Under the pieces are notes generated by a model that saw only the letters and a list, made by a program, of their open reading frames with translations, did no database searches and had not been told where the DNA came from. A stretch of DNA of 63,395 nt, counting the filler, from Octopus bimaculoides (taxonomy: Eukaryota), in NCBI RefSeq assembly GCF_001194135.2. It is 8 parts of 6 records of this genome, joined end to end, with 100 filler letters (N's around TTAATTAATTAA, not from the genome) between each part and the next. Parts side by side here need not be neighbours in the genome. Positions count along the whole stretch, not along the records: positions 7,915 to 13,159 come from NC_068983.1; positions 13,260 to 17,597 come from NC_068983.1; positions 17,698 to 35,631 come from NC_068983.1; 5 more parts are not named here. The stretch is one strand, 5' to 3'. Position 1 is the first letter of the stretch. The number at the start of each line of letters is the position of its first letter. Shown in pieces: positions 12,894 to 26,040 of this stretch. A program made the position numbers and the translations under genes.

Positions 12894-13109
12894 ATACATG
12901 TATAAATATATGTATGTATATATATGTGTGTGTGTGTGTGTATATAGTACATATATATATGTGTGTGTGTATAATACTCATACAATGCTCTCACCCACAC
13001 TCACACTGTTCATCCAAGTTTATTAAATAAGCTACAAATTTTAATTTCATTTTGATTAATGTCATTAAACTTCAATCACTATCTCTGCACTGCAAAATAA
13101 AATGAACTG

Positions 13110-13159
<50 letters not shown>

Positions 13160-13868
13160 NNNNNNNNNNNNNNNNNNNNNNNNNNNNNNNNNNNNNNNNN
13201 NNNTTAATTAATTAANNNNNNNNNNNNNNNNNNNNNNNNNNNNNNNNNNNNNNNNNNNNGTTGCCGTTATTGTTGTTGCTGTTGCTTCTGTTGTTGTTTT
13301 TGCTGCTGTTTATCAATGACAATGTTGTTGTTATCACTGTTGTTGTTGTCGTTGTCGTTGTTGTCGCTGTTGTCACTGTTGTTGTTGTCATTGTTGTTGT
13401 TGTTGTTGCTGTTGTCCTGTTGTTGTTGTTGTTGTTGCTCTCCTCATGGCATTCGCATTCTCCAAAATAATGCTCGTCTTTCACTTCTAAACCAACATTC
13501 TTGTCTTTCTCTCTCCTTTACACAAACGTCTCTATTTCTGCTCAGATATCGACTTTCTCAACCTTTTATTTCTCTGTTTACTGTCCTTTAAGATGTATTT
13601 ATTTCCATTTGAATATTTTTTACAGTTCATTATTATTGTTATTATTATCATTATTTGTTGCAAAGGAATAAAATTTTCTTCTCAAATTAAAGTTTTTTTC
13701 ATCAAAGCAAAATAATACAAGCAAACAAATTCTTGCCTCCCTATGTAGAAGTTCTATGCTGAGAGAAAGAATATTTTCCATGTAATTTCAGTTGATAAAA
13801 AAAAAAACCATAGTATTGGAGTACAAGACAGAACATGTTTTACTGTCTCAAATATAATGATGATGATG

Positions 13869-13899
<31 letters not shown>

Positions 13900-13909
<10 letters not shown>

Positions 13910-14470
13910 TTGCCCTGATGCAGTACCAGGCAGTGGCTCTCATGGCTTCTGATCTTAATTGATTGGAAGTGTTATCANNNNNNNNNNTTGTTTTGTCTTG
14001 GTATAAAAGATGGGCTACAGCAAATATTCTGCTTAATACCACAGATTTGCTTGTCAGTTGTTTGACCTTAACCATTTGAGCATGTCCCTTAGTGGCTGAC
14101 GATATATGCATCTCTGATCACAAGCAGAAGTAATGGGGGAGCCTCATAGTCATGTGTTGAGAGGAATTCTTTGTGGTTTGGATAATTCACCTTTGGAAAC
14201 ATGGGTATTTTATTCGACACCCTCAAACGACCTTTATTCAAGGACCTTTTCAGCGAAATGGGCTACTTGACCTGTAGAAAATTCTAACTGGGCCCCACCT
14301 GCGAGGTTATGCGCTGTTTATCTTGATAAGAGACCACTATGTTGTGCACGTATAGTTGTGATGCATGCGCCTGGTGGACCCTTATCAGATGGGTAGTCAT
14401 GATGGGTATAATGGGCTTCGTATATTTTACCCCAGTGTCACTTTGATGGCATGCACTGCTCTCTCACTCA
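13900..14470. mobile_element. Probable unclassified ~570-bp interspersed repeat bounded by (AAT)n
   Basis: Higher-GC block flanked by AAT runs on both sides; single copy here, recognised from memory as an abundant octopus repeat. Confidence 0.5.
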
Positions 14471-14493
14471 ATAATAATAATAATAATAATAAT

Positions 14494-15883
14494 CATTTAG
14501 CGTCTGTTGTCCATGCTGGCATGGGTTAGAAGGTTTGACCAGGGTTGGCAAGCTGGAAGGATGCACAAAAATTCCAGCCTTTTTGGCATGGTTTCTATGG
14601 TTGGATGCCCTTCCTAATGCCAACCACTCCAAGAGTGTAATAGGTGCCTTTACATGCCACTGGCATGGGTGCCATTCATGTGATGTCAGTATTTGCCATG
14701 ACTGTGGTTTTATTTGGCTTGATGGGTCTTCTTCTCAAGCACAACATACTGTCAAAGGTTGTGGTCATTGCCTCTGTGAGGCCCAGCATGTGAAAGGAGC
14801 TCAACCACTTTGGCTCTGTGAGGATCAATGCTTGAAAGGTGCTTTTTATGTGCTACATGCATGGGTGCCAATTACATGACACCAACATCAACCACAACTG
14901 TGACTTCTCAAGCACAGCATACCACCAAAGGTCTCAGTCAATAGTCATTGCCTCTGTGAAGCCCAAAGTTTGGAAATCATGCTTCACCATCTCATTCCAT
15001 GTTCACCTGGGTCTACCTCTGTCACAGGTTCCCTCCACTGTTAGGGATCACCACTTCTTTACACAGCTGTCTTAGTCCATACACATCACATGACCATAGC
15101 AGTGCATTCAAATCTCTTGCACACCACATCTGATGTCTCTGCCTCTTACACCTAACTTTTCTCTCAAGGTGCTTACACTCTGTCGAACATGCACACTGAG
15201 GTTGCACATCCAGGGAAGCACACAGGCTTCATTTCTTTCAAGCCTACACATGTCCTCGGCTGTCACAGCCCACATTTCATTACCATGTAGCATAGCTGTT
15301 CACATACAGGCATCATACAATCTGCCTTTCACTCTGAGAGAGAGGCACTTTGTAGCCAGCAGAGGTAGGAGCTCCCTGAACTTTGCCCATCCTAATCTTA
15401 CTCTGACAGCTATGCTCTCAGAGCATCTACCTCTGCTACTAACTTGATCACCTAGGTAACGGAATCTATGTACTACCTCTAGCTTACTCTCATGGTAGTT
15501 GATGGAGTCTGTTTTCTGTACATTTTCAGTGTTTATTGTACCTGTGCATCTATCACACACAAAAGCTATTTTCCTTGTTAACCTCCCTCTGATATTGCTG
15601 CATTTTTCTGTTCAATTGGTAGATCAGCTTGTGGGGTATAAGCAGAAATAATTGATGCTATGCTATTCTGGAAAACTAGCCTAAGCTTATGCACTCTATC
15701 GCACACTCTGACTACCTTTATGACCTTATCCAGCCATTTGTCTGCAAGAAGTATGTCCACATCACCTACTCTATTACTGTTACCTTCCCAGAAGATTTTA
15801 TGCCTATGTGTCTTGCCTGTGAGGAACCTAGCTGAAGCTCCTCTCCACCTTACCTTTTGGATACAGCATACATCAATATGCAA
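14494..15883 (-). mobile_element. RTE-clade LINE, internally deleted (APE endonuclease start fused to RT C-terminus and 3' UTR)
   Basis: ORF 15578-15883 IDVCCIQKVRWRG...ISAYTPQ (APE); ORF 15300-15560 FRYLGDQVSS...GWAKFRELLPLL...KGRLYDAC; ORF 15108-15293 MLHGNEMWA...LERNE. Confidence 0.92.
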
Positions 15884-15900
15884 TAATAATAATAATAATA

Positions 15901-16113
15901 ATCTTTTCTACTGGAGGCACAAGGCCTCAAATTTGTGGGGAGGGGACAAGTCAATTATATCGACCCCAGTGTTTCACTTGTACTTAATTATCAACCCCAA
16001 AAGGATGAAAAGCAAAGTCGACTTTGGCGGAATTTAAACTCAGAACGTAAAGCCGGATGAAATACCACTAAGCATTTTGCTTGATGTGCTAACAATTCTG
16101 CCAGTTCACCATC

Positions 16114-16115
<2 letters not shown>
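15901..16115 (-). mobile_element. SINE family A
   Basis: Full-length reverse match to 36284-36514. Confidence 0.85.
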
Positions 16116-16156
<41 letters not shown>

Positions 16157-16166
16157 CAATAATAAT

Positions 16167-16199
<33 letters not shown>

Positions 16200-16291
16200 A
16201 ATAATAATAATAAGGAAGCTGACAAATGCAAAAAAGAAGTCATAGCACCTAATAACTATGAAGAAAAAGATACGTGCACAGACACATGCAC

Positions 16292-16372
<81 letters not shown>

Positions 16373-16375
<3 letters not shown>

Positions 16376-16525
16376 GACAAGCTTCTTTCAGTTTCCGTCT
16401 ACCAAATCAACTCCCAAGGCTTTGGTTGGCCCATGCCAATAGTAGAAGACACTTGCCCATAGTGAGACACAGTGGAAACAAGGAACCATATGGTTGGGAA
16501 GCAAACTTCTTACCACACAGCCATT
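16373..16525 (-). mobile_element. SINE family B 5' half
   Basis: Match to 22905-23070. Confidence 0.8.
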
Positions 16526-17151
16526 CATTGACTGGCATCCTGGTAAATACACTCATAAAACTCTACAAAACTCCAGCATTAATTCCCAGTTATATCCTAA
16601 GAAAGGCTGACCACAAAACAGCCTGGAGTTCAATAACGATAAGACAAGACAACAGTACTTTTGTTTCCAACTCCTTAGAGGAAGATTCAGCAGGGTTTAC
16701 AAAGGACTAGGTCATCTGCACTACATACTTAATAGATGTCTAAAAACTATCTATAAATCATCAATACAAAAAAGGCAATCAATCAATCAATCAATCAATC
16801 GAGCATTCAATGAATAAATGTATCAGTCAAACTGACCTACACACTTGATATTGATTTGAAATTATTTTGTGAAATAGTCTTCTGCCACACATGCAGTCTG
16901 TTTATCGCAAGTCTGAAGACAGACTGCATAAAATAAAACCATGTGAGGAATTTTTATCAATCATATAGAGGATGTCTGTCAATAGCGTGTGTAGTTAGAT
17001 AAGTACACATACAAATGTACACAAATGCATACATATATCATACACACGTGCATAAATATATACACACATATACACATATAATATCTGCATATATAAATAC
17101 ATGTCTTTGTGTCTATTTATCTTTTATTTGTTTCATTTATTAGAATGCTGC

Positions 17152-17186
<35 letters not shown>

Positions 17187-17344
17187 GTGTGTGTATATAT
17201 ATATTCATACATACAATAAAATATACATTATTTAAATTATTTACATTTGACAGATATTTGTCTGTTAAATGTAAATAATGTACATAATTCCTCATCCCTT
17301 AAATACAGAACTGTACAATGATATATATATGTATATATATGTAT

Positions 17345-17345
<1 letters not shown>

Positions 17346-17377
<32 letters not shown>

Positions 17378-17597
17378 GTTTAACGTCCGCTTTCCATGCT
17401 AGCACGGGCTGGACGATTTGACTGAGGACTGGTGAAATCAGATGGCAACACCAGGCTCCAATCTAATTTGGCAGAGTTTCTACAGCTGGATGCCCTTCCT
17501 AACGCCAACCACTCAGAGAGTGTAGTGGGTGCTTTTAAGTGTCACCCGCACGAAAACGGCCACGCTCGAAATGGTGTCTTTTCTGTGCCACCCGCAC
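17346..17597 (-). mobile_element. RTE LINE 3' end with (GAT)n tail, truncated by gap
   Basis: ctggatgcccttcctaacgccaaccactc motif plus (CAT)n. Confidence 0.85.
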
Positions 17598-17721
17598 NNN
17601 NNNNNNNNNNNNNNNNNNNNNNNNNNNNNNNNNNNNNNNNNTTAATTAATTAANNNNNNNNNNNNNNNNNNNNNNNNNNNNNNNNNNNNNNNNNNNNTAT
17701 ATATATATATATATATATATA

Positions 17722-19380
17722 TCTTTTAACTTTAACTAGTTTCAGCTCGAGAACTGTGGCCATGCTGGAGTACCGCCGTTAACTTTGCTACACTTTCACT
17801 ACTTGAAACGTCCTCTGATATGTGGCATTTGGTAAATTAGACAGTTTGATGTTACTGCCCCCATCTGGGTTTCCTGCTGCGAGATAGGTTCATCTGGAAA
17901 TCTTGACAGGAGGAGATCCAGTTTTGTTTGAAGATGCTTCATCCATTCCATGTAGGTTTCTCTGGTTTTTTGGGAGGATATTGAAGAGATGTGGGCCCTT
18001 GAAACCCAGGCTGTTGCAATATCTGGTCCTGTATCTTTATGGCGATGTGGGGATCTTTGGCACTATGTAGTGGCGCCCAGTTCTGCTGTTTGTGTAACTT
18101 TCAATGCCAAAGTTAGGTAAAAGTCCTTCCAACATGGTGTCCTGTTTTCTCGTTCTGAATGTTCTAAAGATCCATCCGGCCAGCCACCAGCATTTTATTG
18201 CCGACTTAGTAATAGGCACCCAAAAAGATGCACCTTTACTCATGTCAATACCCAGGTCGCGCACTGTCCCTCCTGGGCCAGTGTATCATGTCTGCATTTC
18301 ATCTAGCTTTGTGTGCTGGTAACGCAGGGCTTGGAATTTTCCAGCATTAAACTGCATGTTATTGTCCTCAGCCCACTTATGTATTGCGTCCAACTCGCGC
18401 GCTGCAGATGCACAACATCTCCTGAGCTCTGTATCGTCTGAGAGACTTCTGATTCATCTGCATAGCTAACAAGGGTCGCTACCTGAGTAGCTGAGGGTAT
18501 GCCAGGGAGGGCCACACTGAATAGTAGTGGCCCGAACACAGTACTCTGTAGAACACCACTCACTACTTGTGTTTCCTTGGAGGTAGCCCCATTGGCCACC
18601 ACTTACTGACTTCTATCTTTTAGAATATCGTGTAGCCACAGTTCAAGCTTTCCGACTATGCTGAGATCAAGCAGCTTGTGACGTATCGTACCACGGCGCC
18701 GACTTTAACAAAGGCTTTTGCAAAGTCGAGACATGTCCAGATTTGAGTAGTTGAGCAGCTGCTTTAACACCCAGTCGTAGTTCGATAAGAGCTGTGTGTC
18801 AGGCAGCTTCGATTTGGTCGAAAAGTATGTTGGGTGTCAGTCAACAAGACGATCTCTTCAAGGAACAGAATTAGTTTCCTTCCGACTATTCGATTCGTTC
18901 CATGATTTTGTTGATGTGTGAGATCAGAGAAATAGGCCTATAGTTTTTAGCATTTGTTCTGCTTCCTCTTTTATGCTTTAGGGCATATTATTCCTTCCTT
19001 CAATTTACCTGGGAGCTTACCACTTGTAAAAAGCTCTGGAAAAGAAACTGCAGTGGTTTTGCAAGGGCACGTTTGCATGATTTGAGTAGGGTTGCTTGAA
19101 ATCCAACAGGGCCAGCAACTGAGTCTGCGTCTACCCCATCTATGACCAGTGTAACATCTTCTCGATGTCTGGCGTTGATGTTGCTACTTACATTTCGATC
19201 AGACGGTCCAGAAGCGCAACTGAAGAATAAATGTACTCTAGGTTAGTTAAACTATGTTTGAGGCATATTTAACTTTCTCATCGCTACTTGGCACTGATGC
19301 TGCTATTTTTATTCTGATCAGGTGGGTCATGAACGCGTGGATCTTTCTGATTTGGCGTCAAAAAGATCCCCTGTGAAAGT
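17722..19380 (-). mobile_element. CR1/L2-group LINE, 5'-truncated and decayed RT
   Basis: KNYRPISLISHINKIME (~18900-18960); VVSGVLQSTVFGPLLF...YADES (ORF 18303-18602); RDLGIDMS...GWIFRTF (ORF 18037-18264); 3' tail at 17722. Confidence 0.9.
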
Positions 19381-20260
19381 TAAGCCACACAGATGAGAGA
19401 GCGTGTAGGATTGAGATGCCTGTAAATGTACTGAATTTGTAGATCAATCTAACCTAAATCAGCAGGAGGGGGGAAAAAAAGAGGTCAAATTGTTAAACTG
19501 ATGATGACAGAGGAGTAGTAGTAGTGGTAATAGTTATGATGGCAGTTGGTGGTGACAATGAAGGTGGTGGTGACGGTTATAATGTAACTTCTGTTAGTAC
19601 AAAAAAAAAAAAACCTTTAAAATAAGATAAGAAAAAAATGCAAAGTGAAAACAACAAACCACTGAGAAGTGCTTTTAACAGTTATTCGTAATTATATTAT
19701 GTTATCTGTAAATTATATTACCTCTGCGCAAAGTAACTGGATTTAGTTTCAAGTTAAGACTGATAATTTTGAAGCACGTACGCTCACTAACTTATATACA
19801 CACAGTATGGAATTTGGACTTAAATCTCTTGTTGTATTTTCAAAAGAGTAAGTCAAAGTTTAAGATTATGATTATACTTTCCATCTAAACTGATTAGTAG
19901 GGAGTAACAATCTCTTAGTCACGCGGGGAAGATGTGTGAAGGATAGGTCATATTGTCGATGTGGAACTGATGGTAGAATCGGTGAGGTTCAAGACGACCA
20001 GTTAAGGAATAGGTTAACTGTTCGTACTCTTAATAGTTAAGTGGGCGCTTACAGATTTTATTCTTTATGTTTGGTCATCGCGTTTATGTAGGGCATCGCG
20101 TTGAAAGAGTTAGTCGATCAAAATGACCTCAGGACATTGTTTGTAAGCTTACAACTTATTCTATCGACATTTTTTGCCGATCTGCTTACTGACAAAATGT
20201 AAATATACTAACACTAGTTGTCAAGTGAGACAAACTAAAACACAAAGCGCGCACGCGCGA

Positions 20261-20317
<57 letters not shown>

Positions 20318-20643
20318 AGTGAGTGCGCGCGTGCGTCTGTGTTTGTGTTGTGTGTCTACGAGCGCGCATGTGAACGCCAAGCAGTGATGATGAACAAACG
20401 AACTTTAGGTTAAAATATTTGTCACATATTTTAACTTTTAAAGGCAAATTCATTACAGTTACCGTGGAGAAAAAAATCCTACTTAGAGTAAAAGGTGTAA
20501 AAACACCATATCCGCCCAGTGATTCATCCTAGCGGATTCTCAGACGTGTTTCTTATTCATTAGCCTTCCTCAATAGGAAATACCGAAGAGAGATAATTCT
20601 GGGTAGATTCAAAACCGTAGCTGTATCTAAAAACTGAGTTGCG

Positions 20644-21131
20644 GGATCCTTCTGATTTGGCGGACACCATTTGTTTTCTAACGAAACACTTTCAAACTTG
20701 GGATACTGGTAGTATGCGTCATATAAAACATCTTTTTCTCTTAGCCTTGTTAAGAAAAGTTTGTATATTCGAAGTTATTTCATGTTAAAAGTTGTCGTAT
20801 TTCGGTAATTTCAACCAATCACTGACGTCTATTGAGGGGAAAACAATTACTGCTGTGGTTTGTCAACAACACGTTGTGGCGGTGTAATGGAATCTTTTCC
20901 CTCGAATAAGATTACTGCCGTTGTTTGTCAACAACAACTATCGGCGGTACTGTTATTTATGACATCGTTCGTGCGTTTGTACTGGTTTTAGCTTTAGGGT
21001 TATGAGTATTTTTGCCAAATTTGGTGAAAATCTGTTCAATACACCGCCACAAAATTTTCACCAAATTTGGCAAAAATACTCATAACCCTAACCCTAACCC
21101 TAACCCTAAAACCCTAATTTTTCACGGGTCC
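20644..21131. mobile_element. Foldback-type MITE, one arm plus internal 38-bp perfect inverted repeat and (CCCTAA)n
   Basis: Starts GGATCC, arm matches 55557 onward; IR at 20994-21031 / 21054-21091; ends GGGTCC. Confidence 0.75.
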
Positions 21132-21789
21132 AGCTAGTGTGATATTAATACCCATATTGATATTTGGCAACAAGTACTTCTACAACCTTGCTCCACATGG
21201 ATACATACAATTACATGTACACAATAGCCATTATGTAGCTTACAAGACCAGACTTGCTTCCAAGTTGAACATCTGAAGTGATTATTGATATATATGGGGC
21301 TCCTTTCCTCTGCATTTCGTTTCAGTTTTGTGTATTTCTCCCCAAATATTTGGAGTATATTTTACTCCATGATTTTCTATCAATTACATTTGTTTCCCAA
21401 CTTTTCATATGCATATTACCATTTTTAGATCCAGTTTAAGGCAGTCTTTGTGTCTTAATTTTGGTTTGTAAGTTCTCTATAGAGTAGACACTTGGGAATT
21501 TTTTCATTTGTATGCGAACTATATGATCTGCCCTCCTCAATCTACTGCGCCGCGAGAGAGCTACTATGCTTACAACATTTGCTAACTCTACATCAACATC
21601 ATTATATATTTCTCCAATATATATGCAAAATTTGTTGAAGACACTTTTTCCTGAAAATTTTTTAACATGTTTTGAATGTAATACTCATGTTTCACACCCA
21701 TAAAACAAAAACAAAAAAAGTAATGTTTTTAAAGTAGATATCTTAGTATCATTTTTATATGCCATTGAAACAATTGTGACAACTGTAAT

Positions 21790-22060
21790 TTTCTAAAAGA
21801 TATCCATGTCATCTGAATTCTTTGCAATTCTGTCATCAAGACTGGCATTCCTGTTCAGTATGCTGCCAAGATATTTGAGAGAAGCTACGTTATTTTAGGA
21901 ACTACACGATCTACCAGGATAACGCTGATAAAAAATAACATTTTTATCAAGATTTATTGTGAGACCTACCTAACACATTACATATCAATGAAATTTTATC
22001 CATGAGAGTTTAAAGATCAGTTGACGATATCACACTCATCAGCGTACAAAGAAGTCTTTT
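21790..22060 (-). mobile_element. RTE (BovB-like) RT remnant
   Basis: LYADECDIV (~22022-22051) and KYLGSILNRNASLDDRIAK (~21820-21880). Confidence 0.6.
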
Positions 22061-22663
22061 ATCAGAGGTATAGATGTGTGTAATTTGAAAATTAAGTACA
22101 AGATGAACACTGCTGCCTTACCTAAGACCTGTTTTTACTTGTGAGGATGAAAAATATCAAAAATTAACATAGGAAGGGGTGAATGGACTTTGGAGCTATC
22201 ATCATCACCATCACATACATCTACAGTCACGGTCACTCACCATGAGCCAATGTGAGAGTTTCTATTCAATTGCTCAACAAGGTGAATTTAGTAAGTAATG
22301 TTCGTTAATTTTAAAAAGGGGTCCATACAAGCTCGCAAGGGAACTTCTTCATAAACTATTTGCTGATTCTATATAGTATTCAAATTTACCCCAAGAATCT
22401 CTCAACTGTCTTTAAAATAGAAACCAAATATCTTAAATCTGAAATTTTAGAAATTGCATATCCAACAATTATTAGCAATAACACAAGCCAACGTGATTCC
22501 TGCAAGGAACCATAGACAAATCTTCTTCAAATAGCACATAACTATCTTAGACAATAGATACACTATGGCCATCCATTTTTGCTGCCCACTGTTTTTGGGC
22601 AGGTCGTTGGGATAGAGTCTTTTGTTGCCTTCTCCATAGAATTTTATCAAAAACAACAATCTT

Positions 22664-23070
22664 TCTTTTACTCTTTTACTTGTTTCAGTCATTTGACTGT
22701 GGCCATGCTGGAGCACCGCCTTTAGTCGGGCAAATTGACCCCAGGGCTTATTCTTTGTAAGCCTAGTACTTATTCTATCGGTCTCTTTTGCCGAACTGCT
22801 AAGTTACGGGGACGTAAACACACCAGCATCGGTTGTCAAGCGATGTTGGGGGGGGACAAACACAGACACACAAACACACATATATACACATACATATACA
22901 TATATACGACGGGCTTCTTTCAGTTTCCGTCTACCAAATCCACTCACAAGGCTTTGGTCGGCCCGAGGCTATAGTAGAAGACACTTGCCCAAGGTGCTAT
23001 GCAGTGGGACTGAACCCGGAACCATGTGGTTGGTAAGCAAGCTACTTACCACACAGCCACTCCTGCGCCT
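22664..23070 (-). mobile_element. Full-length tRNA-derived SINE family B
   Basis: Head aggcgcaggagtggctgtgtggtaag...ggttccgggttcagtccc (A/B-box-like), internal microsatellite, (GTAAAAGA)n tail. Confidence 0.92.
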
Positions 23071-23341
23071 TACTCAAAAAATAAAATTGTAAAACAGGTT
23101 TGTTGTAACTGGAATGCCTTTAATCTTAAGTATACTCAATCTGGGACTAAACAACAATAAAATATTGTCATCACCATCATCACTAATATTTTCTATATAA
23201 AAGCCAAATCTCCTTCAACAAACTTTCAAATAAAAGCTACACATTTTCCATTCATATTCATTGGATAGCAAGCCACAAAATATCAATGTGATGATCATGA
23301 AGAAAATATCAAATCAGAACATTTATCCTAACGAGAGGGCA

Positions 23342-24420
23342 TCTGATGTGGTCACTCAACCTACTAGAGATAGTAGCTAAACCTCTTTCAGGTCATCTTT
23401 ACTACCTTATAAATGGAAGGAAAGAAACATTAGATAATAAAGTCCTAGTTATATTGTCTGAATAATAGATGTGATGGTCACAACTGGAGTATCTTTCCTT
23501 GATCATAGGTTTGCTCAATCAGATCTGACCTTGGGTAAAATAACTATAAACTATTGATTGAACAAGCTGACAAGTGAGCATCTCTAGAGTCACACTATAT
23601 CTGTTAGGAACAGAAGCTAAATCTTTCTTTGAATCCACACTCTAAATAGTTCTAGATACACTATGCCCAACGACAAAAATGGTAGTTGCCATGGTTGGAA
23701 TATTTCCAGTGCTGACCTGGAACTAAATAATTACAATGTTAATCAACTTAACTATTATTATCTGGATCTGTGGATCCAGCTGATGATAAATCTGTGAATC
23801 ACTAAATGGATTAACAACAGATCTGTGGATCACATCTAGTTTGACAAAATAGCGGATCTTTTTGGTTTGACGGGCAACATTTTTCATTTATGTTTTATGT
23901 AGTGTTTTTGGTACCGAAACACTTTCAAACTTCGTATACTTGTATATTTTGTGTTACAGAACATAAAAAATTTTGTATTCGAAGTTATTTCATGTAAAAA
24001 GTTGTCGTATTTCGGTAATTTCAACCAATCACTGACGTCTATTGAGGTGAAAACAATTACTGCCGTAGAATGTAAGCAACAAATTCTAACGGTGTTATGG
24101 GATCTTTTCCCTTGAATAAAATTAGTGCCGTTGTTTGTCAACAACAACTATCGGCAGTACTCTATTTGATCACTCAGTGGTTAAAAATTACAGCCAAATC
24201 TCCCTTAAATCCTACAGTCTTAAATAAAGAGAGGTCAGATTAGATGATTTAGTCCTAAATATGCTAAAAAGGCAGAAAGGCCATGGCAAGAATGTCTTTG
24301 ATCATAGTTCAGGTGGATGAGATTTGGCCTGAGGCTAAACAACAACAGTAGCAGCAATTGACTCGACTAAATGCTTTAGAAATCTTGATCAGAGCTGATC
24401 TAGGCTAAACAACAACCAAC
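23342..24420 (+). mobile_element. Several decayed copies of SINE-like family F (gatgtggtcactcaacct...ggctaaacaacaac), interrupted by a foldback arm at 23854-24170
   Basis: Motifs recur at ~23342-23545, 23575-23735, 24172-24420 and 34800-34945. Confidence 0.6.
23854..24170. mobile_element. Truncated foldback MITE arm
   Basis: ggatctttttggtttgacgggcaac...aaccaatcactgacgtctatt, matching the other copies. Confidence 0.8.
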
Positions 24421-24769
24421 ACAATTATCCCCAAAAATATCACAAACATTACCACCGCTACCACCACAACTTTATCAATACTGACATCATTATCAACCCA
24501 ACCATAACAACCACCTGAACATCCAACCATCACATTACCACCATCACTACTGATACAACAATCATCATCACTAACAACACCACCATCACATTCTCACCAT
24601 TACTACTACTACTACTACAACCCTCTTCCTCATCATCACTACAAGCAATTGCCATCACCCTCATTTTTTTAGATAGGAGGCTGAGATTTAGCTGCTTTAT
24701 GTAATAGGGAGAGTAGGAACTCCTGTGACAGCCAATCCTCATTCTTGTATACATTCCACACATACACAT

Positions 24770-25295
24770 ACAGAGACAAAAATACTAAAAGTTCATACAA
24801 CACCCCCCACAACATTCAGAGCATGCATAGAAGACATAGCAAAGAAAGCAAAATGGTACACAAATATACTAAGATCAACCTCAGGTATCATATTTAGCCA
24901 ACAGAAAGAAGCTACAACAATGATATACAAACAATGAATTAGATCCATCATGGACTATGCCAACCTTGACTGGGCCCACAATCTCTCCTCAATAAACCAT
25001 AATAAACTACAAAACACACAAAACAGCACATTATATGATGCTACAGCCTGTTCATAGATCACATTTAGAAACCCCATATTAAATATCAAAGTCCACCTCG
25101 ACATGTGCAGTGCACCACAGCAAAACTTCAAACTTCAGTCCCCAAATATCAACACTCTTTGTGCCATATTTTAACTTCTAAAGAACAATATCCTAAAAAT
25201 GCTTATCTCTCTCATTCCACCAAGACAACATATGAACACATTTATACAGAAGTAGCTGCAGTATATACCAGTCAATATTCCAGAACAATGAACTG
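24770..25295 (+). mobile_element. I-group (Nimb/Ingi-like) LINE C-terminal remnant
   Basis: ETKILKV...KAKWYTNILRSTSG..FSQQKEATTMIYKQ*IRSIMDYA..WAHNLS...KLQNTQNS. Confidence 0.65.
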
Positions 25296-25581
25296 AAAGA
25301 GAAAGAATTGTCAGGTTCCCATCAAGTTCAATTTGCCTGCCTTTGATGTGGTCACTACCAGAAGCTGTAGAGAAACAAAGCCAATAAGGGAGTAAACTGA
25401 GTGGTCAGTGGTTTGTCTTCTATTACTAGCACTATGATGAGTCCATGTCCAAGATATACTTAGCCCTCAAAAAATTAGTCTACAAATGAATTTACAATTG
25501 TAGGTGACTTAGCGTATAGTGGTTTTTCAATGATCCCTAGTACAACAGTGGTACTTACTATATTGAAAGAAGAAGAAGAAG

Positions 25582-25613
<32 letters not shown>

Positions 25614-25818
25614 TGAAGAAGGCGGGGAGGGGGAGGAGGGGGAATCGTCATTATCATCTGAAAAAAGCCTCAATGTCCAATGAAATCAAGCTACACTTGA
25701 TATGTAACAATGTGCAATTTAACTCCATTAACAATCTATAGGAGGGGTTCTCATGACAGCTAAAATTAACTTTTAATTACCTCCTAATAGCTGAAACTAA
25801 TTTCTAAAATTACTGGAA

Positions 25819-26040
25819 GGCGGCAAGCTGGCAGAATCATTAGCACACTTGGTGAAATGCTTAGCAGTATTTTATCTGCCATTATTTTCAGAGTTCAAAT
25901 TCCACCAAATTCAACTTCGCCTTTCATCCTTTCGGGGTCGATTAAATAAGAACCAATTATGCACTGGGATCTATGTAATTGACTTAATCCCTTTGTTTGT
26001 CCCCTCTATGTTTAACACCCTGTGGGTAATAAAGAAATAA
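25819..26040 (+). mobile_element. SINE family A with degenerate ~15-bp TSD (atttctaaaRttact)
   Basis: ggcggcaagctggcagaa head through taaagaaata tail. Confidence 0.88.

Noticed and set aside
16530-16720. ADDLVL-like RT motif on the minus strand
   Set aside because: Too short and frameshifted to assign.
21244-21272. 29-nt minus-strand segment between cag and gtaag
   Set aside because: Weak pyrimidine tract, not a multiple of 3, and expected by chance.
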